From Terriglobia bacterium (GTDB taxonomy: Bacteria > Acidobacteriota > Polarisedimenticolia > Polarisedimenticolales > JAIQFR01), in assembly GCA_963748015.1 (NCBI GenBank), contig CAVVHE010000004.1, positions 1,024,001 to 1,088,000 on the forward strand: DNA of 64,000 bases, given 5' to 3'. The first letter of the stretch is position 1. Each line of letters opens with the position of its first letter. Both the position numbers and the translations under genes were made by a program. Shown here in pieces: positions 48,108-56,592 of the stretch. The notes below the pieces were generated by a model, which had not been told where the DNA came from, searched no databases, and saw nothing but the letters and a program-made list of their open reading frames with translations.

Positions 48108-49223
48108 TTACTTATACGGTGCCATCGGCAGCTTTTCAAGAAGTTTTTCTGAGGGCTTTCCCCCGATCTGGATCAGGTCGTACGCCCTCCGCACGGCCCG
48201 CGCGTTGATTTCCGCCTGCGGATACATGTCCAGGGGACCGCCGACCTGCTTCTCCGCCACGCCCATACAAAAGGTGAAATACGGACCATTTTCGTGCTGG
48301 TCGAGCTTCCGCCTGGCCTGGACGGCGAGGTCCCGGACCTCCACGAGGACGGGCGACCGCCGCCAGATCTCCTCCATGCTGTCGATTTCGAGGATGTTGG
48401 CGGCCTTCCGGCGAAGAGCCACGCAGGGGAAGATGTTCCCGTAGGGATCGATCGTGAACCCCGACCGGCCGGAGCCGCATACCGCCTCGGCGGCATCCGA
48501 GGCGCAGTGATTCGATCGCGGCGGAAGCGTTCCGTGGTGGAGATCCATGTACCACTCGGCCCAGTACTTCCTGAGGAACTCGTCGTCCGGACGAAGCGAG
48601 AGAGGGTCGAGGTTTCCGTCGTCCTTCGGGGTGATCACCGCATCGAACACGAGATGACAGCCGAGGGAGTCGGCGAGGTCGCGGATCTCGAACACATCGG
48701 CCTGGTTCAGCCGGGTGATCGGGCACTTCAGATCCACCTTGACCCCGAGTTCCCTTAGATTTCGAATCCCCCTGATCGTCTTCTCGAACGACCCCTTGAT
48801 CTTGGTCAGCGCCTCGTGAATCTCCGGACGGGAGCCGTGCAGCGAGATCTCCACCTCCATCGGGTTGAGATCCGCTACCTTTCGCGCGACGACCGGATCG
48901 GCCAGCAGGTAGCCGTTGGAGTAGATCCTCAGCGCCATCCCGAGCCGGCGGGCTTCCTGGGCGATCGCGAAGAAGTCCTTGTGGCAGAGAGGCTCCCCGC
49001 CGGTCAGCGTCAGGTAGAGCACTCCGACTTCGGAGACCTTCCGGATTGCCTCGAAGATCTGGGGCGTGGTCATCTCCTTGGCCCCGGTCGGCGAGTTGTA
49101 GCAGAACGAGCAGAGATGGTTGCAGCGATAGGTGAGCTCGATCTGCGCGTTCAGCGGAATCGCCTCGGCGAACGCCTTTTCGAGCAGACGGGTGTAGGGG
49201 TTCTTCCCCGTCGCTTCGGTCAT
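48108..49223 (-). CDS. Radical SAM enzyme with SPASM/twitch-type C-terminal domain (peptide maturase-like)
   Basis: ELTYRCNHLCSFCY, LTGGEP, SNG, ISLHG, and CGSGRSGFTIDPYGNIFPC. Confidence 0.9.
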   Translation of the reverse strand: MTEATGKNPYTRLLEKAFAEAIPLNAQIELTYRCNHLCSFCYNSPTGAKEMTTPQIFEAIRKVSEVGVLYLTLTGGEPLCHKDFFAIAQEARRLGMALRIYSNGYLLADPVVARKVADLNPMEVEISLHGSRPEIHEALTKIKGSFEKTIRGIRNLRELGVKVDLKCPITRLNQADVFEIRDLADSLGCHLVFDAVITPKDDGNLDPLSLRPDDEFLRKYWAEWYMDLHHGTLPPRSNHCASDAAEAVCGSGRSGFTIDPYGNIFPCVALRRKAANILEIDSMEEIWRRSPVLVEVRDLAVQARRKLDQHENGPYFTFCMGVAEKQVGGPLDMYPQAEINARAVRRAYDLIQIGGKPSEKLLEKLPMAPYK

Positions 49224-49248
49224 CGCGAGCCTCCCGGGGAGTCGGCCG

Positions 49249-49536
49249 TTACCCGCCGAGCATCCCCTGCGCGGCCAGCTCGCCGAGGAAGGCCTGGACG
49301 TCCGAGCTCGCGGTCTCCGCCGGCACTTCGAACTCGGCGGTCACCGCGGCGACGATCTCCTCGACCGTGTGTTCCCCGTCGAGCAGCGAGAAGACCTTGA
49401 CCCCGACGGGGTTCAGGACCTTCACCTCGGCTCGTCCCGGCAGAACGACCAGGCCGCCCTCATCCCCGACCGCGCGGTAGGCGCAATCGGTACTACGACG
49501 CGGCTTGTCGGAAAGCGAGATGACAGGGGCAGTCAC
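49249..49536 (-). CDS. PqqD-family RiPP recognition element (stand-alone RRE)
   Basis: 95 aa with LNPVGVKVFSLLDGEHTVEEIV...EFEV...DVQAFLGELAAQGML. GAGGAG RBS. Confidence 0.9.
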   Translation of the reverse strand: MTAPVISLSDKPRRSTDCAYRAVGDEGGLVVLPGRAEVKVLNPVGVKVFSLLDGEHTVEEIVAAVTAEFEVPAETASSDVQAFLGELAAQGMLGG

Positions 49537-49563
49537 GTCGAGGCTCCTCCTCTTCGGCGAGCT

Positions 49564-49592
49564 AATCTATATCCAAACCGCGCGCTTGTCAG
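49564..49592 (-). promoter_or_regulatory. Sigma70-type promoter candidate for the PqqD-rSAM operon
   Basis: Minus strand reads CTGACA-N17-TAGATT within an AT-richer intergenic stretch. Confidence 0.5.
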
Positions 49593-49701
49593 ATTTGAGT
49601 ACCAAAATTGTCCAGATTCACCCTCGAAATGTACCCCGAACCCCCCGTGCCGGCAACCCCAACTTCGGGAGACCCCGGGCTTTCCTTGACTTCCGACAGG
49701 C

Positions 49702-51504
49702 TCAGCGCGCTCCGCCGCAGGCCGCCGCGGCGCTCGCCCGGATGCGCTCGAGCATCGCGCGCTCGGCGGGTTCCTCGAGGGCGACCTCTCCGGCCAGCCG
49801 CAGGGCCTCGCAGGGCCTGCCGAGGCGCAGCTCGCACTCCGCGAGGATCGCCCTCGCCATGCCGAGGCCGGGGTCGAGGGCCGCCGCGCGGCGGGCCGCC
49901 TCCCCCGCCCCCTCGAGCTCCTTCGTGCGGAGCCGGGCCATCGCGAGACCGAGCCACGCCTCGGCCCGCGCCGGAGTCACCGCCACGGCGCTCTCGAACG
50001 CCTCGGCCGCCGCGGGAACGTCCCCGCGCTCCAGGAGCAGGAACCCCAGGTTGCTCCGCAACGCGCCGTCCCGCGGCGAGCGCTCGGCCGAGCGCCGCAG
50101 CGTCTCGATGCGCTCGTCCGGCGAGCCGCCCCCGAGGAGGCTCGCCATCTCGGCGTCCACCAGCGCGGGATCGATGCCGAGCCTCTTCGCGCGCTCGAAG
50201 GCCTCCAGCGCGCGTTCCCGCTGTCCGATACGGGCGAAGACGTGCGCGAGGTTGAGTTGCGCCTTGAGCGACGACGGCTCCTCCGCGGCCTTCGCCGTCC
50301 ACAGAGCGAGTTCGTTCCGCCAGAGCGGAACGCGGTGGAGTAGGAGGCCCGCGTAGTACGCGCCCAGGAGCGCGAGCGCCGCCGCGCCTGCGGCCCTCAG
50401 CCGCCGGTTCTCCCGGGGGAGCAGGAGCGCCGCGAGGAGTAGGACGGCGCCCGCCGACGGGAGGTAGAGGAAACGCTCCGAGAGAGTCGTCTCGATCGGC
50501 CGCAGCTGCGCGACCGGGAGGAGCGATACCAGGCACCATCCCACGAGCGCTCCCTCGACCTTCCGCCCCGCCCTCCACAGCAGGACCGCCGCGGCGAGCG
50601 CGCCGGCTACCGCGAGGACGGCCAGCGCCCCCTTCGCTCCCTCGACCGGGGGCGGCTCGAGGTGGAGCCCCCACGGGGGGACGACGAGCCAAGCGAGATA
50701 GCTGCCGAGCACCACGAACGGACGAAGGAGCGACGGCGCCGTCGAGGCGTCCGCCGCGCCGAGCAGCCGGCCGAGCCCCGCCACGCGCATCGCGGTGTAG
50801 ACCGCCGCCGCGCCCGCGTACGGGACGTATCTCGCCGCGCGCGCGGCGAGGTTGTTCCCGCGGGGCCACCCTTCGCGCGCGCTCTCGAGGAGGAGCACGA
50901 GCAAGGGGATGGTCGCCGCCATCTCCTTCGACAGCAGGGCGAGGAGCCACGCAACGCCCGCCCCCGCCCTGAAGGGCCACGGGCGCGCCGAGCGCGCCCC
51001 CCGGAGGTGCAGGACGATCGCCGCCAGGCCGAACAGCGCCATCAACGGGTCCACTCTCCCGGAGATGAACGCGACCGACTCGGCGTGCGCGGGGTGGAGC
51101 GCGAAGAGGATCGCGCCGGCCGCGGCGGCGCCCACCGCTCCCTCGAACAGGACGAGGCCGAGCGCCAGGACGAGGAGCGACACCCCCGCGTGAACCGTCG
51201 CGTTGGTCAGGTGGAACGGCAGCGCCGCGCCGCCCCCGCGCCGGTAGTCGAGCTCCACCGAAAGGACCGCGACCGGCCGGTAGTAGCCCAGGCCCATGCG
51301 ATCGAAGTCGGAGGCGTAGTAGTCGCGCAGCAGCGCGCGCCTCGCGTCGAACGGCCGCTTCAAACCGTCGTTCTGCACGATGAGCCGGCCGTCGTCGTAG
51401 ACGAACTCGCCGGGCAGGCCGGGCAGGTAGACCGCCACGGCCACCGCGGCGGTCAGGATCGCGGCCGCGAGCTTCGCGCGAGGAACCGACGGGGAGAGGC
51501 TCAC
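49702..51504 (-). CDS. TMTC-like GT-C glycosyltransferase with TPRs (copy 5)
   Basis: FVYDD, YYRP, HLTNATVH, LFALHPAHAESV..ISGR, SKE, SERFLYLP, TPRs. Confidence 0.85.
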   Translation of the reverse strand: MSLSPSVPRAKLAAAILTAAVAVAVYLPGLPGEFVYDDGRLIVQNDGLKRPFDARRALLRDYYASDFDRMGLGYYRPVAVLSVELDYRRGGGAALPFHLTNATVHAGVSLLVLALGLVLFEGAVGAAAAGAILFALHPAHAESVAFISGRVDPLMALFGLAAIVLHLRGARSARPWPFRAGAGVAWLLALLSKEMAATIPLLVLLLESAREGWPRGNNLAARAARYVPYAGAAAVYTAMRVAGLGRLLGAADASTAPSLLRPFVVLGSYLAWLVVPPWGLHLEPPPVEGAKGALAVLAVAGALAAAVLLWRAGRKVEGALVGWCLVSLLPVAQLRPIETTLSERFLYLPSAGAVLLLAALLLPRENRRLRAAGAAALALLGAYYAGLLLHRVPLWRNELALWTAKAAEEPSSLKAQLNLAHVFARIGQRERALEAFERAKRLGIDPALVDAEMASLLGGGSPDERIETLRRSAERSPRDGALRSNLGFLLLERGDVPAAAEAFESAVAVTPARAEAWLGLAMARLRTKELEGAGEAARRAAALDPGLGMARAILAECELRLGRPCEALRLAGEVALEEPAERAMLERIRASAAAACGGAR

Positions 51505-52661
51505 GGCTGCGGAGCGCCTCCCTCCCCCAGCCTCTCGAGCACCTTTCGCGCGGCCGCGCTCCCCGGCTCGATCTCGAGCGCCTCGTACGCGGCGGAGCGG
51601 GCGGAACGGCCGTGTCCCAAGCCCAGCTCGGTCTCGGCGATGCCCACGAGGGGATCGGCGAAGCTGCGGTCCATCCGGTGCGCGCGGCGGTAGAGTCGCA
51701 GGGCGGCTTCCGGGCGCCCCTGCGCGCGCTCGAGGTCGGCGCGCACGACGAGGAAGTACGGCGACGCGGTCGCGACGCTCGCGAGGGCGAGCGCGGCCTG
51801 GGCCTCGCGCTCGAGCCCTTGCAGCCGGTAGAGCGCGGCGAGATTGCCGAGGATCCCCGGATCGCGAGGCTCGATCTCGAGCGCTTCCTGGTAGGCCCTC
51901 AGCGCTCCCGCGGTGTCCCCCGCGCGGCGGCGCGCGACGCCGAGGTTACCCCGGGCCGCGAGGAGCTTCGGCGCGAGACGGATCGCCGTCTCGAAACGGC
52001 CGATCGCCACGTCGTACCGCCCCGTCCGGAGGTCCTCGACGCCGAGGTTGCTCAGGTAGAGGCCCCCGAGGTACAGGTCGTCGATCATGTTCGCGCCGAC
52101 CACGCGCCGCTCCCGCGTGCGGTCGAAGTCGAAGACGAGGAGCGAATCGGAGATCCCGTACGTGGCGACCACGTGCGTGTTCACCACGACGAGGTCCCCC
52201 TCGCGCTCGCTCCGTCCCTCGTAGGCGGGAATGGCCGCGCGCGCGTCGAGGCCGAGCGAGCGCGCCATCGCGATGAACAGGCAGGTGAACGAGAGGCAGT
52301 TTCCCCTGCGCTCCGAATAGGCCTCGATCGCCGCGAACGTCCCCCGCGAATCGTACTGGAACGGGAAGCGGGACGCGTCGAAGAGCCCGCCCTGGAGGGC
52401 CTGGAGCCGCTTGCTCACCGAGCCCTGCCCCGCCAGGCGGTCCGCGGCGTCCCGCATCTCCGGCGTGAACGCGATCGGGTTCGGCACCGCCGCGGGATCG
52501 ATGTCCCGTGCCAGGAGTGCTCGGGCCCACGCGTCGGGCGAGGAGCCGGCGAGGTCCGCGGACCCGCCCGACTTCAGCACGCACCCGGCGGGCGCCAGCA
52601 GCCCCGCCAGCGCGATCCCCGCGACGAAACGTCTTGCGGCCACGCGCCCTAGTCTACCCAA
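51501..52661 (-). CDS. Transglutaminase-like domain plus TPR lipoprotein
   Basis: Lipobox-like PAGC. Putative Cys-His-Asp triad in GNCLSF, THVVA and FDFD. TPRs follow. The start may be GTG near 52643. Confidence 0.75.
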   Translation of the reverse strand: MGRLGRVAARRFVAGIALAGLLAPAGCVLKSGGSADLAGSSPDAWARALLARDIDPAAVPNPIAFTPEMRDAADRLAGQGSVSKRLQALQGGLFDASRFPFQYDSRGTFAAIEAYSERRGNCLSFTCLFIAMARSLGLDARAAIPAYEGRSEREGDLVVVNTHVVATYGISDSLLVFDFDRTRERRVVGANMIDDLYLGGLYLSNLGVEDLRTGRYDVAIGRFETAIRLAPKLLAARGNLGVARRRAGDTAGALRAYQEALEIEPRDPGILGNLAALYRLQGLEREAQAALALASVATASPYFLVVRADLERAQGRPEAALRLYRRAHRMDRSFADPLVGIAETELGLGHGRSARSAAYEALEIEPGSAAARKVLERLGEGGAPQP

Positions 52662-52674
52662 AGCGGACCGGATC

Positions 52675-54564
52675 CTATCGGAGATAACCGAGCGATCTCA
52701 GCCGCTCCACCATCTCGGGATCGTAGTCGCTTCCCGCGGTCCGGGCGTCGAGGGCGCGGCGCCCGAACGTCGCCACGGGGAGCGGGAGGCCGCCGGGAAG
52801 CTCGAGGCAGGCAGCCGGTGGGCGACCTCGCATCTCGAGGCTCCGAGGGAACCCGGCGAGGGCCAGGACCAGCGGCGCCACGTCGAGATCGGTCACGGGG
52901 GACGAGACGCAGCCCGCGCGCGCGGCGCCGCCTTCCACGATCACGAACCCCTCCGCGTCCGGGGCGGCTCCGCGGCCGGGGTCCGCGATCACGACCGCCC
53001 GCGTCCCCGGTCCCCCCGAGAGCGCGGGGCCGAGCAGCCGGTCGAGCCAGCGGACGTAGGCCTCGAGCGACGCCTGCCGCTCCAGCAATGCGACCGCGCC
53101 GCCCGCCGGAGCGTCCTGCTCGATCCTCCTCCTGAGAATGTCGAGACCCGGGAGATAGACGAAGCCCGCGGCGACCGACGGATCCTGCAAGAGGCGGCCC
53201 ATCGCGCGCCAGGCGTAGGCGTCGATCAGGAACGACTCCCATGCGTGCGCCCGCGCCTCGCCCTGCCCCGCCGCGGGGAACGCCGCCTCGAACTCCTCGC
53301 GGATCGCGCGGCGGTCCCCTTCGAATTCGTTCCGGAGGCGGGCGAAGAGCGAAGCCGGGAGCGTGTCGCGGTCCTCCCTCGCCGCCGACAGGAGCTTCGG
53401 CAGCACGCGGTCCGTCACGACGTACCCCTTCGGGCTCGCCCCCTCGCCGCCGACCGCCGGCCACGACGCCCACCAGCCGACCGCCGCGGCCGACTTCTTG
53501 AGGCCCACGATCTCCCACAGCGTCAGCACTCGCCGCCCCGCGCCGCTCGTGGGAACGGTACGCGTCGGCAACAGGAAGCGAAGGGCCGCGGTGAGGAGCG
53601 CCGGGCCGGCCTCGGCCCGGAGCGGGGTGGCCACGCCCGGGAGACGCTCCTCTCCCACGCTGCGCACCCCGTGCTCCGACGCGGGGACCCCGGTCAGGAT
53701 CGTGGTCCACACCTCCGGAGGCGTGGCACCGTTCCGCCGCCGCTTGGGGAACACGGCGCCGCGCGCCATCCCGGCGAGAAGGTGCTCCACCGCGCCGCGA
53801 CTCTCGAGAGCCTCGACCAGCGCCCCGTCCAGGCCGTCGAGGCCCACCACGAGCAAGCGATCCGCGTCCGGCCGGGGCTCGAACGCCGAGGCCGGCCGCG
53901 CCGCGGACGGGTCCGCGGTCAGCCCGCGGACGAGGAGATAGATCACCGCGAGCGGGAGGAGCGCCAGGACGAGCACCCGGGCCGTGCGCCTCCGCCGGTC
54001 GGGGACCTCGCCGGTTCGACCGATGATCCCCGCGAGCGACACCAGGCCGGCGAGCCACGCCACGAGCAGCGTCACCGCGAGGGCCGCCGCGAGGAACGCG
54101 AGATCTTCCGCGAGGCCGGAGCGGACGCTCCTGCTCCCCACGAGCAGGACCAGGTAGGCGAGCGTCCCCAACCCCACGAGCAGGGACGCGGTCAGCGCGT
54201 CGCCCCGCTTGGCGCCGCGGCGCCGCGCCAGCGCCGCCAGGGAAGCGGCGACCGCGAGGTCGAGCGCGAAGAGCGCGGCGCCGGCGAGCAGGCCGAAGTA
54301 GAGCCAGAGCAGGAGGGCATCCGAGGCGCCGAGGAGCGGGCGGTTGGCCGCCACCGCGGCGCCGGCCAGGAACGCCCCCAGCATCGGCGCGCCCAGCACC
54401 GCGGCCTTGAGCGCGGACCGGAGGAGGCGCCAGAGCGGCGAGCCCGTCCCCGGGGTGCCGCCGAGGACGAACCGCTCGATGGGTCCTTGGAGGTAGCCCC
54501 GCTCGACGAGCTTCCGCCGGACCTCGTCGTAGCCCGGGTCGCCCGCCCCGCCCTGCCCCGGCAC
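52675..54564 (-). CDS. Membrane-anchored alkaline-phosphatase-superfamily (phosphodiesterase-like) protein
   Basis: N-terminal TM bundle, VVGLDGLD, PEVWTTILTG...HGV, VGWWASWP, DVAP, ERLRSLGY. Confidence 0.78.
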   Translation of the reverse strand: MPGQGGAGDPGYDEVRRKLVERGYLQGPIERFVLGGTPGTGSPLWRLLRSALKAAVLGAPMLGAFLAGAAVAANRPLLGASDALLLWLYFGLLAGAALFALDLAVAASLAALARRRGAKRGDALTASLLVGLGTLAYLVLLVGSRSVRSGLAEDLAFLAAALAVTLLVAWLAGLVSLAGIIGRTGEVPDRRRRTARVLVLALLPLAVIYLLVRGLTADPSAARPASAFEPRPDADRLLVVGLDGLDGALVEALESRGAVEHLLAGMARGAVFPKRRRNGATPPEVWTTILTGVPASEHGVRSVGEERLPGVATPLRAEAGPALLTAALRFLLPTRTVPTSGAGRRVLTLWEIVGLKKSAAAVGWWASWPAVGGEGASPKGYVVTDRVLPKLLSAAREDRDTLPASLFARLRNEFEGDRRAIREEFEAAFPAAGQGEARAHAWESFLIDAYAWRAMGRLLQDPSVAAGFVYLPGLDILRRRIEQDAPAGGAVALLERQASLEAYVRWLDRLLGPALSGGPGTRAVVIADPGRGAAPDAEGFVIVEGGAARAGCVSSPVTDLDVAPLVLALAGFPRSLEMRGRPPAACLELPGGLPLPVATFGRRALDARTAGSDYDPEMVERLRSLGYLR

Positions 54565-54567
54565 GGC

Positions 54568-55461
54568 TCAGCGATCCCGGCCGCGGACGTATTCCGCGAG
54601 CGCCCGGAGCATTCCCCCGCGGCGTCCGAACGGCTTCAGGGAGGCGACGGAGGCGTCGATCAGCTCGTCCACCAGGCGGCGCGCGCCGTCGATGCCGCAC
54701 AGGTTGACGAACGTCGTCTTGTCCCGATCGCGGCCGGCGTCCTTCCCGGTCGTCTCGGGGTTGCCGCTGTAGTCGAGCAGGTCGTCGGTGATCTGGAACG
54801 AGAGGCCGAGGTTCTTGGCGTAGCGGCCGAGAGCCTCGACGTCCCTGGCGCGTCCTCCGGCGGAGAGCGCCCCGAACTCCGCCGCCACGATGAACAGCGC
54901 CCCGGTCTTGTGGCTGTGGATGAACTCGAGGGCGTCGAGGTCCACCTTCTTTCCGGTCGACTCGAGGTCCACGACCTGGCCGCCGATCAGTCCCCCGCTC
55001 CCGATCGCGCGCGCGAGCCTCCGGGCCGCCTCTCCGCGGACCTTCTCTCCGAGCCCCCCCGCCTCCATCACGAGGGCGAACGCCGCGTTGAGGAGGGCCA
55101 CCGCCGCGAGGATGGCGTTCGCCTCCCCGGAAACCCGGTGCAGCGTCGGCTTTCCGCGGCGCAGCGTCGCGTTGTCCATCGAGGGGAGGTCGTCGAGGAT
55201 CAGGGACGAGGCGTGCACCATCTCGACGGCCGAAGCGAGGGGCAGCGCGTCGTCGGGATCTCCGCCGAGCATCGAGGCCGTTGCCAGGGTGAGGACCCCG
55301 CGAAGCCGCTTCCCCGGAAGGAGCAGCGTGTAACGCATCGCCTCGTGAAGGGCCGGAGGCGGGGTCCCGAGCGACGGCACGACCTGGTCGAGGGCGTCCT
55401 CGACCCGGCTCCTCCCCTCCGCGAGGAAGGTCTCGAGCGTTTCGCGGTCGTTCCTGGCCAT
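54568..55461 (-). CDS. ispA: Short-chain polyprenyl (farnesyl/geranylgeranyl) diphosphate synthase
   Basis: GKRLR, LILDDLPSMDNATLRRGKP, GQVVD, KTGALF, FQITDDLLD. Confidence 0.9.
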   Translation of the reverse strand: MARNDRETLETFLAEGRSRVEDALDQVVPSLGTPPPALHEAMRYTLLLPGKRLRGVLTLATASMLGGDPDDALPLASAVEMVHASSLILDDLPSMDNATLRRGKPTLHRVSGEANAILAAVALLNAAFALVMEAGGLGEKVRGEAARRLARAIGSGGLIGGQVVDLESTGKKVDLDALEFIHSHKTGALFIVAAEFGALSAGGRARDVEALGRYAKNLGLSFQITDDLLDYSGNPETTGKDAGRDRDKTTFVNLCGIDGARRLVDELIDASVASLKPFGRRGGMLRALAEYVRGRDR

Positions 55462-55486
55462 GGACGAGGAGGTTAACACCGCGCGC

Positions 55487-56401
55487 CTAGCGGCGCGCAA
55501 GCCTCTTTTCGAAGAACTCCGTGATCCGCCGGTTGTACCGGTCGAGCTCCTCGCCGTAGAGGTGGCTCGTGCGCGTTGCGGGCAGGACGATCAGGTTGGC
55601 GTCGGCATCGCGCTGCTCCGGCACCGACGCGTACATCCTCTGCATCTCGGCGGCGAGCGTCGCGTCCCCCGCGGGCGCGACGAAGAGAAGGTCGCGCGAG
55701 GTGAGGAGCGGCACGACCGCGGCGGCTTCCTGCGTCCCGCCCTCCGGCCGCGACATCAGCCGGAACGCGAGGCGAGGGAAGAAGCCGAGGTATCGGACGC
55801 CGAAGCTCCAGCCCGCGTACACCTTCCGGACGAGCGGGTAGCCGGGGCCGGGATAGAGCCCGTCGAGCACCACGACCCGCGCCGCGGGACGTTCCGGCGC
55901 GGCGAGGACCGCGGCATGGGCGCCGAGCCCGACGCCGTAGAGCCCGATGCGGCGAGCGTCCACGTTCTTGAGGGCGGCCACGTAGTCGAGCGCCCCCAGG
56001 ACGTCCCGCTTCTCGTCCACCCCGAGCGTGCTCGCTTCGCCGCCGCTCTCGCCGTGCGCGCGGAAGTCCAGGGCCAGGGCGGTGAAACCCGATTGCTGGA
56101 GAGCGATCGCGAGGTTGACGAGAGAGCCCTTGCCCGCGCCGAGGTCGTGACAGAGGACCACGGGCGCCCCTCCCGGGGCGCCGCGGACCAGCCAGCCGGA
56201 GAGCTCGATTCCGTCCGAGGACCGGAAGTGGACCTCCTCGACGTGCGAGAGGAGCGCGCCGAGGTCGCCGGTTTCGCTCGCCTCGCGAGGGGGATGCGTC
56301 GCCCGGTGCACCTGGATCCCGAGGGCGCCGGCGGCCGTCAGGATCGCGATGATGGCGACCAGGAGGACCGTGCCGGGCAGGGAACGCCAGAAACTCTCCA
56401 T
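55487..56401 (-). CDS. Membrane-anchored alpha/beta-hydrolase-fold protein lacking the nucleophile Ser
   Basis: DGIELSGW, DFRAHGESGG. The elbow reads GLYGVGLGA. Confidence 0.78.
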   Translation of the reverse strand: MESFWRSLPGTVLLVAIIAILTAAGALGIQVHRATHPPREASETGDLGALLSHVEEVHFRSSDGIELSGWLVRGAPGGAPVVLCHDLGAGKGSLVNLAIALQQSGFTALALDFRAHGESGGEASTLGVDEKRDVLGALDYVAALKNVDARRIGLYGVGLGAHAAVLAAPERPAARVVVLDGLYPGPGYPLVRKVYAGWSFGVRYLGFFPRLAFRLMSRPEGGTQEAAAVVPLLTSRDLLFVAPAGDATLAAEMQRMYASVPEQRDADANLIVLPATRTSHLYGEELDRYNRRITEFFEKRLARR

Positions 56402-56503
56402 CGAGCGTGCTCCCCACACCGCGACGGCGACACCTCGCGGCGGGGATCGAATATAGGTGCCGGGAGGCGCCGGGGACAAGCGGGCGCCCTCGCAGGCCGA
56501 CGA

Positions 56504-56589
56504 GCGAGCGGAGCCCGAGACCGGAAGCGTCCGCAGACGGCCCTTTTCCGGGCCGGCGAGGAACGCTCCCGGTCTCGGGCACCGCTCGC
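56504..56589. repeat. Long imperfect inverted repeat downstream of uvrC
   Basis: GCGAGCGG-A-GCCCGAGACCGG-A-AGCGT pairs with ACGCT-C-CCGGTCTCGGGC-A-CCGCTCGC. An inner GGCCC/GGGCC hairpin is present. Confidence 0.75.
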
Positions 56590-56592
56590 GGG

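Noticed and set aside
48108..49536. PQQ biosynthesis (pqqDE)
   Set aside because: No pqqB or pqqC, and the adjacent peptide lacks the PqqA ExxxY motif.
47913..52661. Lasso peptide cluster, with the transglutaminase-like protein as B2 peptidase
   Set aside because: No asparagine-synthetase-like cyclase in the window. The transglutaminase-like protein is an exported TPR lipoprotein, unlike cytoplasmic B2 enzymes.
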